Of a stretch of 64,000 bases of DNA, positions 1-10,799 are shown in pieces; within the stretch, counting starts at the first letter, position 1; each line of letters begins with the position of its first letter. The notes beneath the pieces were generated by a model. It worked only from the letters and a program-made list of their open reading frames with translations. It did no database searches and was not told the DNA's origin. Location of the stretch: the NCBI GenBank assembly GCA_947478395.1, contig CANJVR010000002.1, positions 672,001-736,000 on the forward strand. The letters are read 5' to 3'. The position numbers and the translations under genes are program-made. Source of the stretch: Opitutia bacterium (GTDB lineage Bacteria; Verrucomicrobiota; Verrucomicrobiia; Opitutales; Opitutaceae).

Positions 1-982
<982 letters not shown>

Positions 983-1091
983 GATGGTTTAAGTGCGAGC
1001 CACGAAATCCAGATCGCCCGGAATAGCCATTCTCGCCTCACGGGAAGCACCGGCAAGATTCAATGACTGGGGCGTGGCTTCAAACCCGGAT

Positions 1092-1152
1092 TGGGAGCGC
1101 GGCCGCCCTCGGCCGCATTGTCGAAAAGCGGCTGGGGGTGGCCGCGCTCCCA
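1092..1152. repeat. REP-like GC-rich inverted repeat
   Basis: TGGGAGCGCGGCCGCCCTCGGCCGC...GCGGCTGGGGGTGGCCGCGCTCCCA; imperfect ~25-bp arms, intergenic. Confidence 0.7.
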
Positions 1153-1163
1153 GCGGACACTCC

Positions 1164-1859
1164 CTAGCCAGCGACAATCGCTCGCAAGTCCGGCACCGTG
1201 AGTTCGTCGAGCCGTGCCACCACGCGATGCACCCGGCCCTCAAGCACGGCGGCCGCATGCGTCGTCGCCACCCCCACGACCTTCATTCCGCCCGCGTGCC
1301 CCGCTTCGATGCCGGCTAAGGCGTCTTCGAACACGATGCACCGCGCCGGCGGCACGCCGGTCTTGGCCGCGGCTTTTAGGAAAACGTCCGGGTGCGGTTT
1401 GCCGTGATTTACATCCTCCGACGTGACCATGCCGCCAAACAACCCGTCGAACTTCAAAACGCCGAGGATTGTCAGAATGTTTTCCCGGTGGGTCGATGAG
1501 CCGATGCAATTCGGCACGCCCGCCGCGCGCAATCGCTCGAGGAAAATATGCACGCCGGGCAAAGCCTCCAACCCGCGCTCCACGACGATTTCTCGGTAGA
1601 GCGCTTCCTTGCGCAACGAAAGCCGGCGCACTTCGGCGGGATCTTCGGTCCACTGTAAAAGATGCGGAATGATCCACTCGTTCTTTTTTCCGAAGCCCAC
1701 TTTAAAATGGTCGGCGGGGAGCGCCACGTTCTCTTCAACAGCGAGGCGTTCCCAACTCTCCTCATGCTGCCGGGATGAATCGATGATCACACCATCCCAG
1801 TCGAAGAGCACTGCCACGGCATCGCCGCTCCGGGATTTTTGAACTTCAGGAAGACTCAT
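1164..1859 (-). CDS. HAD-family phosphatase (beta-phosphoglucomutase/CbbY-like)
   Basis: FDWDGV motif I, GKPHPDVF, FEDALAG. Start placed at MSLPEV. Confidence 0.88.
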   Translation of the reverse strand: MSLPEVQKSRSGDAVAVLFDWDGVIIDSSRQHEESWERLAVEENVALPADHFKVGFGKKNEWIIPHLLQWTEDPAEVRRLSLRKEALYREIVVERGLEALPGVHIFLERLRAAGVPNCIGSSTHRENILTILGVLKFDGLFGGMVTSEDVNHGKPHPDVFLKAAAKTGVPPARCIVFEDALAGIEAGHAGGMKVVGVATTHAAAVLEGRVHRVVARLDELTVPDLRAIVAG

Positions 1860-2048
1860 GATCGCCGAAAACTGGGGGCACGTCCGGCCTTGGCCGCAAG
1901 TCCGAACATTGACCCAAACGATGCCGTTGCCTTCGAGGTGGGTGAGATCGCTCACGAGCGTCGGAGCGTCGGCCAGCGGAGCGGCCTTCGCACGTTCTCC
2001 ATTATCGCCCCCGACCGAGCGCGCTTCAGGTCGACCGCTGCGTTCCGG

Positions 2049-2696
2049 CTAAGACGTCAGGCCTCGGCCGCCCCGTTTCAGAAAAAACCGCGCGATACGG
2101 CGCGCGGTCGGGCCCAGCAGAAACAACCACGCCGCCGCGACCGCCCAAGGACTCTCCCACTCCCACGCTGCCTCGACATAGTATCGAACGCGCGATCGCT
2201 TCACCTCCGCTTGCTTCAAACCCGCTTCCGTTTTCGCGAGGGCGATTTCGATTCCGTCACGTTCCCACGTAGCGCGCGTGTAGTCTTTCTTGGACTGCAA
2301 CACCTTCTTCCCTGCGTCGTCCCGCACCGTCTGCATGCGCTCGAGTTGCTCCGCGTTGGCCTTCTGTTGCGCGCGATTGCCGAAATATTTCTCCCAGGTG
2401 CTTTCGAGCTCATTCAGCCGCACGATGATGCTGTCCGCCTGCTTGAGTCGCTCCAACTGCGCGGTCGTTTCCCCGGACAAGCGCGCCAATTTTTTTTCCA
2501 CGTCAACGCTCGCCGCCTTGAACTTAATTCGTTCGGCATTCAACGCCCCCAACCGGTCCTGGCGCACGGCCTCGAAGTCCGCCGAATCGTGAGCGAAAAG
2601 CCAGTAGGCGCCCGCCGCCACCGCGAGTCCGAGCAGGACCGCCGTGACCAGCGCCCTAATCACCAACCGGCGAATAAAAAGTGAGAGTTGGTCCAT
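2049..2696 (-). CDS. Hypothetical membrane protein with coiled-coil
   Basis: N-terminal hydrophobic helix, long charged helical region, C-terminal hydrophobic segment. Start placed at MDQLSL. Confidence 0.7.
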   Translation of the reverse strand: MDQLSLFIRRLVIRALVTAVLLGLAVAAGAYWLFAHDSADFEAVRQDRLGALNAERIKFKAASVDVEKKLARLSGETTAQLERLKQADSIIVRLNELESTWEKYFGNRAQQKANAEQLERMQTVRDDAGKKVLQSKKDYTRATWERDGIEIALAKTEAGLKQAEVKRSRVRYYVEAAWEWESPWAVAAAWLFLLGPTARRIARFFLKRGGRGLTS

Positions 2697-3166
2697 GAAT
2701 ATTTTAGTGCCCCGCGTAAAAGCGGTGAATGGCGAATTGATGAAGACGGCACGGTTGAAGCCAATTGCTAAACCGATCAGACGCGCCAAACCCCCGTGGT
2801 GCCTTGCGGCCGCGGCCACGAATACCCGGACGACCGACCGACGCGGACAAAATTATCGCGCAATGCGGCGACATCGAATTGGTCCCGGATCTCCTCTGAA
2901 ACTCCATTGGCGTGATTTTTCGTATTTCGAGTGGGGGCAAAAAAACTTTCCAATTTTTATTGGAGGCGTGACGAGGTCCTCACGAAACTTCCCCCCATCC
3001 TCGATGCCGCGAAGGAGTCGGCGAAAGCGCCGAAGGACAAATTCGGCTTCAGCCGTCGCCTCGCCGCCGCTCACGCTCCGTATCCAAAGCGTCGCTCAAC
3101 CCCAAGACCGCGCAGGGCCTCCTTCCTTAATTCAGCGCGGTTTATTTTTTCCCGTGGCCGTTTTAA

Positions 3167-3236
3167 GTAGCGGCAGGCGTCTCTGCGGGGCGGGTTAGGC
3201 GTTCGCCCATCGGCAGGCAGGGACGCCTGCCGCTAC
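3167..3236. repeat. GTAG-type REP doublet
   Basis: GTAGCGGCAGGCGTCTCTGC (3167-3186) / GCAGGGACGCCTGCCGCTAC (3217-3236), 19/20 complementary. Confidence 0.8.
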
Positions 3237-3267
3237 GTCGTTAGCGCTACGCTTTGGGTTGAACCAA

Positions 3268-4710
3268 TCAGAGCACCAAGAAGCAAATTGCCATCACGAG
3301 GGTCGGCACCAGCGCGCCGAGAAATAAACCCAGCGGCGCGATGCCGTCGGGGAAGTAGTTTTTCAGAATCGCCTGCCCCGCGGGGTTGGGGGCGTTGGCG
3401 ATCACTGTGAGTCCTCCGCCGGTCACTGCACCGGCGACGACCGCGTGCTTCATGGCGTCGCTGAAATTCGGCACGAGCGTCGCGAGATAGGTGATCGCCG
3501 CATTGTCGTTGAACGCCGTCAGTGCGGTCGCCGCGAAAAACAACGGCTTCTCCGCGAGGCTCTGTAGGACAGGCTGGATCCACCAACCTTGCAGCCCGCC
3601 GTGCACGACGAGCCCAGCGAGGAAAAATCCCACGAGCACCGGCGCGCGCAGGTCGATACCGCTTTGGTGGTGCGCCGTTGCCTGCGTGAACGCGATGAAG
3701 AATAAAAACGCCGCGATAAACAGCACCGGATAGTGCGCCGTCGCGACCACCATCGCCAGGAAGCCGAGCTGCGCGACCGTCACCCACGCCGGAATGGGCG
3801 CCACGTTCGCTTCGTCGCCGCGGGCGGCATCCTGCTCAGACGCGGGCCTTAATGTGCGCAGCTCCCCGCGAAACCGGAAAAAATAAACGAGCGTCGCGGC
3901 CGCGATTCCGACCACCGCCTTCCAGCCAAAATTCTGCAGCATGTGCCCGAGCCCCCACTGCCAAGGTGCCGCCACCATCAATACCGGCGGCGCGGCAAAA
4001 TGCGTCAGTGTGCCGCCGACCGACACGTTCACGAAGAGCAGCCCGAGTGTCGCGTATTTGAGCCGAGGGCTCGGATTCAACGCGTAGAATTGTTTCCCTA
4101 GCAGCAGCGCCGCAATGGTCATGGCCGCCGGTTCGGTGATAAACGACCCAAGCACCGGCGCGACGATGAGGATGGAAAGCCACCACGCCGCGGGCGTCGC
4201 GCGGCCCAGTCGGGCCACACCACGCAAAAACCGCTCCGCCAGCACGAGCACCGGACGCGTCCCCGCGACCGCCATCACGACCACGACGAACATCGCCTCG
4301 GTGTAGTTCGCCGTGTGCGCGACGTAGTCGATCGCCGTCGGCAGGCCCTTGAAAACGACGATCGCAGCGCCGAGCACCACGGCCCAAATCCCAAAGATCG
4401 CCTCGATCTCGCCGAAAAAATGTAAGATCTGGCCCGCGAAGCTCACCTCGGCCGATTGGCTCCCGGGCGCGTTGCGCTGTCCGTTGGTGTGGGCCCGCGC
4501 GGCGTGCTGCTCTTCAACTCGGTGCGCGAGGTGCTGGATTTTTCCGGCCAGAAACGTGTGCAGAATCGCCGCGAAAAATAGACCCGAGGCGATGACGTTG
4601 AATGGCTCCGCTTGCCCGCGGGCGATCAGCGTCTCGAGTAGTCCTGCGCCCACGGGCGGCGTATACGCATCGAGCGGCAGCGGAAACAGCGCTGTTCCCG
4701 CTGCACTCAT
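3268..4710 (-). CDS. Putative Na+/H+ antiporter (DUF1504-like)
   Basis: Polytopic membrane protein with GSFITEPAAMT, GGTLTHFAAPP, GGGLTVIANAPNPAG. Confidence 0.8.
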   Translation of the reverse strand: MSAAGTALFPLPLDAYTPPVGAGLLETLIARGQAEPFNVIASGLFFAAILHTFLAGKIQHLAHRVEEQHAARAHTNGQRNAPGSQSAEVSFAGQILHFFGEIEAIFGIWAVVLGAAIVVFKGLPTAIDYVAHTANYTEAMFVVVVMAVAGTRPVLVLAERFLRGVARLGRATPAAWWLSILIVAPVLGSFITEPAAMTIAALLLGKQFYALNPSPRLKYATLGLLFVNVSVGGTLTHFAAPPVLMVAAPWQWGLGHMLQNFGWKAVVGIAAATLVYFFRFRGELRTLRPASEQDAARGDEANVAPIPAWVTVAQLGFLAMVVATAHYPVLFIAAFLFFIAFTQATAHHQSGIDLRAPVLVGFFLAGLVVHGGLQGWWIQPVLQSLAEKPLFFAATALTAFNDNAAITYLATLVPNFSDAMKHAVVAGAVTGGGLTVIANAPNPAGQAILKNYFPDGIAPLGLFLGALVPTLVMAICFLVL

Positions 4711-5351
4711 GCGAGTAACGCCGGCAACGCGTCCAGCGAACGGATGAAATGATGGGCACCGGCCTTCACCTTCGCTCGTTCGACGTAACGACCGAAACCG
4801 ACAAACACATCCACCATCGGCTTCGCCTCCATATCGCTTACCCCGTCGCCCACCATTACCGTGCGGGCCGGCTGCAACTCACGCCGCAGCGCCGCGACGA
4901 CTTCCGGTTTTCCACCCGAGCGCGTTGTTGGAAACCGCTCGTCGAATCCACGGTAATTCCCTGCTTCGTCGAAAAATAAATCAACCGCCTCCACCCGGGC
5001 CACGCCGAGTAGATCCGCCAGAGGCCGGATGGCCGGTCGAAACCCGCCGCTCACGATCACCACCTGCCAGCCTTGTCGCTGGAGCGCGGCCACCGTCGCA
5101 CGGGCCGTCGGCTCGATCGTTTCGATATAGCGCTGGCCGATCGCCACCACGTCAACGAGCCGGGGCTGGATGATTTCCAGGCGGCGAGCGAATACGGCCT
5201 CGACGGAAAGTTTCCCGTTCATGGCGTCGTTCGTCATAGCCTCGACCTGTGCAAAAATATCAGGACCGCGCACCCGCGCGAGTTCGTCGATGCCCTCGAT
5301 CGCGCTGAGCGTGCTGTCGCAGTCGAAGCAAATGAGTTTGGGAAATTCCAC
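4707..5351 (-). CDS. HAD-IB phosphatase, phosphoserine phosphatase-like
   Basis: FDCDSTL, VSGGF, GK, MVGDGVSD. GTG start inferred; 4-bp overlap with the antiporter start. Confidence 0.85.
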   Translation of the reverse strand: MEFPKLICFDCDSTLSAIEGIDELARVRGPDIFAQVEAMTNDAMNGKLSVEAVFARRLEIIQPRLVDVVAIGQRYIETIEPTARATVAALQRQGWQVVIVSGGFRPAIRPLADLLGVARVEAVDLFFDEAGNYRGFDERFPTTRSGGKPEVVAALRRELQPARTVMVGDGVSDMEAKPMVDVFVGFGRYVERAKVKAGAHHFIRSLDALPALLA

Positions 5352-5564
5352 GGAACCACACGGAACACACGGAAATGCCAGCCGACTCAAACTCCATTTT
5401 GCGCCCGGATCCGAACAAGGTGGCGCGCGGCCCCCGGGCGCGACCAAGGCGCTTTAACCAAAAGCGTCGCCGCTACACAAACGGGCACAGAAAACTCAAG
5501 CCGCTCTAGATGGGGCGCCGAACCGCTCGCCGCCGGCGGCCGCCACGTCCCCTGTTTCGGACCA

Positions 5565-5592
5565 ATAAAAAACCCGCCGGAATCGGCGGGTT
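5565..5592 (-). terminator. Intrinsic terminator after rpmJ-rpmE
   Basis: Minus strand AACCCGCCG-ATTC-CGGCGGGTT followed by a T run. Confidence 0.85.
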
Positions 5593-5619
5593 CGGTCCTG
5601 ACGGCGTTCGGGAAGGACC

Positions 5620-5874
5620 TTATTTCTTCGCGGAAACGCGCTTGAACTTGTTCGTGAACTTCTCGACGCGGCCGGCGGTGTCGACGAGACGCTTCTCGCC
5701 GGTGTAGGCGGGATGCGAGTCCATCGTCACGTCGCGCACGACGACGAAATATTCAGTGCCGTCGATGACTTCCTTGCGAGCGGACTTCATCGTGGACTTG
5801 GTGAGGAAACGCTTGCCGCTCGCGACATCGAGGAAGCACACGTTATTGAGGATGGGATGGCCTTCGGCTTTCAC
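5620..5874 (-). CDS. rpmE: 50S ribosomal protein L31 type B (no Zn ribbon)
   Basis: GTG start VKAEGHP...FLTKST...SHPAYTG...VDTAGRVEKF; no CxC/CxxC pairs. Confidence 0.93.
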   Translation of the reverse strand: MKAEGHPILNNVCFLDVASGKRFLTKSTMKSARKEVIDGTEYFVVVRDVTMDSHPAYTGEKRLVDTAGRVEKFTNKFKRVSAKK

Positions 5875-5894
5875 GGTGATAAGAGATTTTTTTA

Positions 5895-6020
5895 TTAGCC
5901 TTGGCGCGCTTTGTAACGCGGCTCGACTTTGTTGATCACGTAGATCTTGCCTTTGCGACGCACGACTTGGCATGCCGGGTGACGCTTCTTGGCGGATTTA
6001 ATGGAGGAAACGACTTTCAT
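5895..6020 (-). CDS. rpmJ: 50S ribosomal protein L36 type B (no Zn ribbon)
   Basis: [41 protein letters not shown]. Confidence 0.96.
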   Translation of the reverse strand: MKVVSSIKSAKKRHPACQVVRRKGKIYVINKVEPRYKARQG

Positions 6021-6030
6021 AAAACGGGTG

Positions 6031-6059
6031 AAAACAGAGCGCGAGTTCACCCCTGTCAA
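6031..6059 (-). promoter_or_regulatory. Putative sigma70-type promoter of rpmJ-rpmE
   Basis: TTGACA-17 nt-TGTTTT ending 10 nt before ATG; overlapped by a GGGTGAA/TTCACCC inverted repeat. Confidence 0.5.
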
Positions 6060-6287
6060 CTGAATAGTCCCTACAGAATCAATCCGGCCCATCAACCGGC
6101 GAGGCGGCAAAAGTCATCGGACTTTTAGCCACGAAAAGGCGCAGGAATTTCGATACATCCGGGGGAGTCTTGATCGCGCTTGTAAGTGCGCGGGCGACGG
6201 GAACGCGGGAAGAGAAATTTTAGCGTCTCTTTAAGGCCAACTCTTGCGGAGTTTTCTTGGGCTCAGCGGCAACACGATCCACTCCCC

Positions 6288-6848
6288 TCAATTTTTCTCC
6301 GGTTCATCCGGCTCGTCCGCCAGGAGCTTCCACTCTTCGCCTTCGCGCGAGAGCAGCGTTCGCCACAGATTATCGTCCGGCGGCAGGGAAAAAAGATCGG
6401 ACGGCGCCGGCGCCACCACCCACGTATTCTGACCCAGTTCGTTCTCCAACTGACCCTCTGACCAGCCGGAGTAGCCCACATAGGCCCGCAATGACGTGGC
6501 CTCTTCGTCGAAGAGTTGCGCCGCCTTTTCCGGCTCGATGCCGAAGTGCAGGCGGAAACCGTCGTCGCGTTCCTGCCACGCGACCAGCACCAGTTGTTTC
6601 TCCTCGACCGGTCCGCCCTGACACACGGGCACACTCGCGAGCGGCCCGAGCGCGAAATCGCCTTTCAATTCCCCCAAACGCCGGCCCAGCGGACGATTCA
6701 AAACCACACCCATCGCGCCCGAGGCGCTGTGAGCCGACATCAACACCACCGCGCGCCGAAAATTCGGATCGCGCAGAGACGGATGCGCCAGCAACAGCGC
6801 CCCTGCCAGCGATTCCCGGCCTACTTTTTCGCGTTCGCGCATGATCAA
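6288..6848 (-). CDS. YqgE/AlgH (UPF0301) family protein
   Basis: LLAHPSLRDPNFRRAVVL, GVVLNRP, GGPV, GYSGWSEGQLENEL. Confidence 0.92.
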   Translation of the reverse strand: MIMREREKVGRESLAGALLLAHPSLRDPNFRRAVVLMSAHSASGAMGVVLNRPLGRRLGELKGDFALGPLASVPVCQGGPVEEKQLVLVAWQERDDGFRLHFGIEPEKAAQLFDEEATSLRAYVGYSGWSEGQLENELGQNTWVVAPAPSDLFSLPPDDNLWRTLLSREGEEWKLLADEPDEPEKN

Positions 6849-6888
6849 AGAACGACTATTTAACTCCGGACATCGTGAAGGGTCAAAG

Positions 6889-7365
6889 TCACAGCTTTAA
6901 AATCGTGACCTCGGCATCCGCCAGCAGCGGAGCGACCAGAGGGTCGTTCATGTAGTCCATGCGGTACTTGATTACCGCCATACCGGCGGCCGCCATAATT
7001 TTCGCGCAGTTGATGCATGGGTAGTGCGTGACGTAGGCCACACAGCCCTCCACGGAAATTCCGCGCCGCGCCGCATCCGCGATCGCGTTTTGCTCGGCGT
7101 GCACCGTCGCCTGCTCGTGGCCGTCCCGCAGCCGCGAAAGGTGGGGCGTGCCCGGCAGGAAACCGTTGTAGCCCGCGGCCACGAGGCGATTTTTACGCAC
7201 CCCACCGCTCACAATCACGCAGCCCACATGCAGCCGCTCACAATTCGAGCGGGTCGACATCAACACCGCGGTCGCCATGAAGTACTCATCCCAAGATGGG
7301 CGGCGCGGAAACTTTTCGGCCGCGAGGGCGATGAGGTCGACGGGCGGGAGTTCGGGAGTGCTCAT
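6889..7365 (-). CDS. dCMP deaminase family protein
   Basis: RPSWDEYFM, GYNG, HAEQNAI, PCINC Zn motifs. Confidence 0.92.
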   Translation of the reverse strand: MSTPELPPVDLIALAAEKFPRRPSWDEYFMATAVLMSTRSNCERLHVGCVIVSGGVRKNRLVAAGYNGFLPGTPHLSRLRDGHEQATVHAEQNAIADAARRGISVEGCVAYVTHYPCINCAKIMAAAGMAVIKYRMDYMNDPLVAPLLADAEVTILKL

Positions 7366-7795
7366 ACGGGAAATCGAGCGCGCACGCTGCACTCGCGCCG
7401 AGCTCCCGGCAACCCTTGTCTCATCGAATTGTTCCCGCCGTCGGACAGCCCGGGGCGCCCAAGCTCAAAGCCGCTCGCGCGCAACGGGGAAAAAAGACGC
7501 CCACCCGAGAACGAACCGGATTTTCGCCCAAGGCTTAGCCGAAATTCGGCGGGCGCGCCATGCAGGCCCATCACGCTGAACCGGGCGACTTCATCGATGG
7601 TCGCTGCGACCCCCGACCACTTCGCCCTCGCGATCACCCTGTTGTTAAACACCTACTTTACCTTTCTGAACGCTTTGATCGCATTTCTATGGCGCTCATT
7701 TGCTCCGATCCCGATCTCGGATAACCTTTGCGCCTTCACCCTTCGGAACCGCTAACGGCTCCGCGTTCCGAATCCATTCTTACCCGCTCACGACG

Positions 7796-8440
7796 ATGAT
7801 CCGCACGCTCCAGCCGGAATTACTTGATTCCCTGCCGCCGCAGCACCCCGCCGCACTGCACAGTCGGCGCGACCTGCGAATCACCAATCGCGTGCTCGGC
7901 AATCCAGAATGGTTTGCGCGAACACTGACGCCGCTGCTTCAGGCCGGTGAGCGCGCCCTCGAAGTCGGAGCGGGTACGGGCGAACTGCTCGCTTACCTCG
8001 CCGCCCGCGGTCTCGTGGCCGACGGACTTGATCTCTGGCCCCGCCCCTCCGCCCTGCCCTTCAAACAAACCTGGCACAGCTCCGACGTGGTCACGTTTAC
8101 GGGGCTCGCCGAGTATCCGGTCGTTTTTGGCAGTTTGATTTTCCACCAATTTGGGTCCGACGATTTGGCCGCGCTCGGCGCGCGACTCGGCGCATCGGCT
8201 CGGGTCATCGTCGCGAGCGAACCGGCCCGCCGCCGGGTTTCCCAACTACTCTACCGCACGATCGGTCCGCTTCTCGGCGCCAACTATGTCACGTTACACG
8301 ACGCCCGCGTGAGCATTGCCGCCGGCTTTCTTCACGACGAACTGCCCCACGCCCTCCGCCTCGATCCCACCGCGTGGTCGTGGCAGTGCACGATCAGCTG
8401 GCTCGGGGCTTATCGCATGATCGCGATTCGTCGGACGTGA
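7796..8440 (+). CDS. Class I SAM methyltransferase-domain protein (type III PKS-associated)
   Basis: N-terminal PELLD, LEVGAGTGE, SLIFHQF; first gene of a three-gene unit. Confidence 0.8.
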   Translation: MIRTLQPELLDSLPPQHPAALHSRRDLRITNRVLGNPEWFARTLTPLLQAGERALEVGAGTGELLAYLAARGLVADGLDLWPRPSALPFKQTWHSSDVVTFTGLAEYPVVFGSLIFHQFGSDDLAALGARLGASARVIVASEPARRRVSQLLYRTIGPLLGANYVTLHDARVSIAAGFLHDELPHALRLDPTAWSWQCTISWLGAYRMIAIRRT

Positions 8441-9465
8441 TTCCCGTGCGGCCCATCGAAATTGTCGGCGGCGGACTCTCCGGCCTCGCGCTGGGCCTCG
8501 CGCTGCGGCGTGAAGGCATCCCGGTCACGCTCCTTGAAGCCGGTCATTATCCGCGCCATCGCGTTTGCGGCGAATTCATCACGGGGCTAGGGCCAACGAC
8601 GATCGCGCGACTCGGCCTCGCGCCATTCTTCCAGGACGCGTTGCGTCACCGCGAAATCGCTTGGTTTCATCGGGAGAAAATCGCGCGCCTCCAACGTCTG
8701 CCGGCCGCCGCCCTCGGCCTGAGTCGTCACGCGCTCGACGCCCGACTGGCTGATGCCTTCGTCGCCGCCGGCGGCGATCTCCGCACCGGGACCCGCGCGA
8801 CCGATCTCGCACCGCGTGCCGGGCGCGTTCACGCCACCGGCCGTCAACGTGGTGACGCGTCCTGGATCGGCCTGAAGATCCACGTGCGCGGGCTCGCGGT
8901 TTCGCGTGATCTCGAGGTGCACCTCGGCGACCAAGCATACGTGGGTCTTGCTGCGATTGAGGATGGCGAAATCAATCTATGTGGCCTGTTCCGCCAACGC
9001 CGCATCTCGGCGACTGGGCCGGCACTCCTTTCTGCGTATCTGGTCGCAAGCGGATTGCCTGCAATGGCCGCGCGCTTCGCCGGGGCCGCCAGCGATGCCA
9101 CTTCCTTCTGCGCGGTGGCCGCGCTGAGTTTTTCCGCGCCGACCACGTCGCCGCCCGCAGATATAATTGCACTGGGCGACGCCCACGGTCTCATCCCGCC
9201 GTTCACCGGCCACGGCATGGCGCTGGCATTTCAAAGCGCCGAGACCGCGCTCGATCCGCTGCTCGCTTACGCCCGCGGCCAGGGGGAATGGTCCGCGACG
9301 TGCCGCCGCGCCACCGAGGCGATGCACCGTCGGTTCCGGCGCCGCTTCGCCGCAGCCGGTGCGCTTCATCCTTTTTTCCTGCAGCCGCGGCGCCAACGCT
9401 GGCTCGCCGGGCTGGCTCGCGCCCACTGCCTACCGCTCCGTCCCCTATATTCGCTGCTCCACTGA
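8437..9465 (+). CDS. FAD-dependent oxidoreductase (geranylgeranyl-reductase/monooxygenase-like)
   Basis: IVGGGLSG, PRHRVCGE, GDAHGLIPPFTGHGM; GTGA overlap with upstream stop. Confidence 0.87.
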   Translation: MIPVRPIEIVGGGLSGLALGLALRREGIPVTLLEAGHYPRHRVCGEFITGLGPTTIARLGLAPFFQDALRHREIAWFHREKIARLQRLPAAALGLSRHALDARLADAFVAAGGDLRTGTRATDLAPRAGRVHATGRQRGDASWIGLKIHVRGLAVSRDLEVHLGDQAYVGLAAIEDGEINLCGLFRQRRISATGPALLSAYLVASGLPAMAARFAGAASDATSFCAVAALSFSAPTTSPPADIIALGDAHGLIPPFTGHGMALAFQSAETALDPLLAYARGQGEWSATCRRATEAMHRRFRRRFAAAGALHPFFLQPRRQRWLAGLARAHCLPLRPLYSLLH

Positions 9466-9548
9466 TACGATGGGCTGCAACCGAAACGGCCTCTCCCCAT
9501 CGAACGCTGCGTTCTCCATCACGATCATCGCGCCTTCTGCTTCCTTTT

Positions 9549-10589
9549 ATGTTTCTCCACGCCCTCGCCACCGCCGTTCCACCGGCGAAGTTCGCCCAAC
9601 CGGATTGCTGGTCCATCATCGAGCGCTCCGACGCGCGTGTGCGGCTGCATAAACGCACGCGGCTGATTCTGCACAGCATTCTGCGCGGTGACCATGGCAT
9701 CGCGACGCGGCATTTTGCCGCGCCCGAAATCGAGAAGATTTTCGACCGCACGTCGGACGAGTTGAACGCCATCTTTCGCACCGAGGGCCCGGCGCTCGCG
9801 AGCCGCGCGCTCACCGCGGCCCTTGCGCAGGCCGGGATCAAGGTCACCGATCTCGATGCGCTCCTGATCTGCACCTGCACCGGTTACCTGTGCCCGGGCC
9901 TGACAAGCTACGTGGCGGAAACGCTCGGTTTGCGGACCGATGCTTTTCTGCAGGATCTTGTTGGCCTCGGCTGCGGTGCCGCCATTCCCACGCTGCGCGC
10001 CGCGAGCCACGTGCTCGCCGCCAATCCGAACGCCACGGTCGCGTGCATCGCGGTGGAAATCTGCTCGGCGGCATTTTACCTCGATGACGATCCCGGCGTG
10101 ATCATCAGCGCGTGTCTTTTCAGCGACGGGGCGGCCGCTTCCATTTGGCGTAATACGCCCGGACCAACGGGGTTGCGCGCGTTTGGATTTCAAACGCTCC
10201 ACCGCCCCGCTGACCGGGACAAACTGCGTTTCGAACAACGCGACGGAAAACTCCGCAATCTGCTCGACCGAGCCGTCCCCGAACTCGCGGCCGCCGCCGT
10301 CAGCGAACTCTGGTCAGCGCGAGGACCGCGCCCCGTCGCTCGCGTCGTCGCCCACCCGGGTGGACGCGATGTACTCGACGCCCTCGCGCCCGTGATCGCC
10401 CCGCTGCAGCTCGACGCCAGCGCCAAAGTCCTGCGCGATTTCGGCAACATGAGCAGCCCCTCGGTGCTGTTCGCCCTACAACAAACGCTCAAAGAAGAAA
10501 TGCCGTCCGCAACGACCGGCGATTTCTGGCTCGTGAGTTTTGGGGCCGGATTCAGCGCGCATGCGTGCCGTCTCGGCTTGGGCGCATAG
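9549..10589 (+). CDS. Type III polyketide synthase (chalcone/stilbene synthase family)
   Basis: Cys-His-Asn triad in GLGCGAA, HPGG, FGNMSS; also LFSDGAAA and FGAGF. Confidence 0.93.
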   Translation: MFLHALATAVPPAKFAQPDCWSIIERSDARVRLHKRTRLILHSILRGDHGIATRHFAAPEIEKIFDRTSDELNAIFRTEGPALASRALTAALAQAGIKVTDLDALLICTCTGYLCPGLTSYVAETLGLRTDAFLQDLVGLGCGAAIPTLRAASHVLAANPNATVACIAVEICSAAFYLDDDPGVIISACLFSDGAAASIWRNTPGPTGLRAFGFQTLHRPADRDKLRFEQRDGKLRNLLDRAVPELAAAAVSELWSARGPRPVARVVAHPGGRDVLDALAPVIAPLQLDASAKVLRDFGNMSSPSVLFALQQTLKEEMPSATTGDFWLVSFGAGFSAHACRLGLGA

Positions 10590-10799
10590 CCCGGCGAGGT
10601 GGGGCCCCTCGCTGGCGCGCGCCAGAGCAATCAAGAGCGGACGGCCCAGGCATTCAAAAACCATCGCGGCCGCCCCAGCGTCCTTCGGTCAACGCCACCC
10701 TTACGGCTAAGATGGAATCGGGCTGGTGATCGCAGCCCTGATCGTACTCGATTAATTTCCGTTCGATCCCGCACAGAAATAACGACCACGAGCCCTCCC

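Noticed and set aside
2966..2990. GTGACGAG...CGAAAC resembling a hammerhead ribozyme core
   Set aside because: Conserved C3 is missing and stem II cannot form.
5348..5375. Short tandem ACACGGA repeats; also the imperfect inverted repeat at 24530-24598
   Set aside because: Too short and degenerate, with no spacers; not CRISPR and no function supportable.
8979..9548. 190-aa N-terminal extension of the type III PKS in the ORF track
   Set aside because: Overlaps the oxidoreductase in another frame; PKS similarity starts at MFLHALATA (9549).
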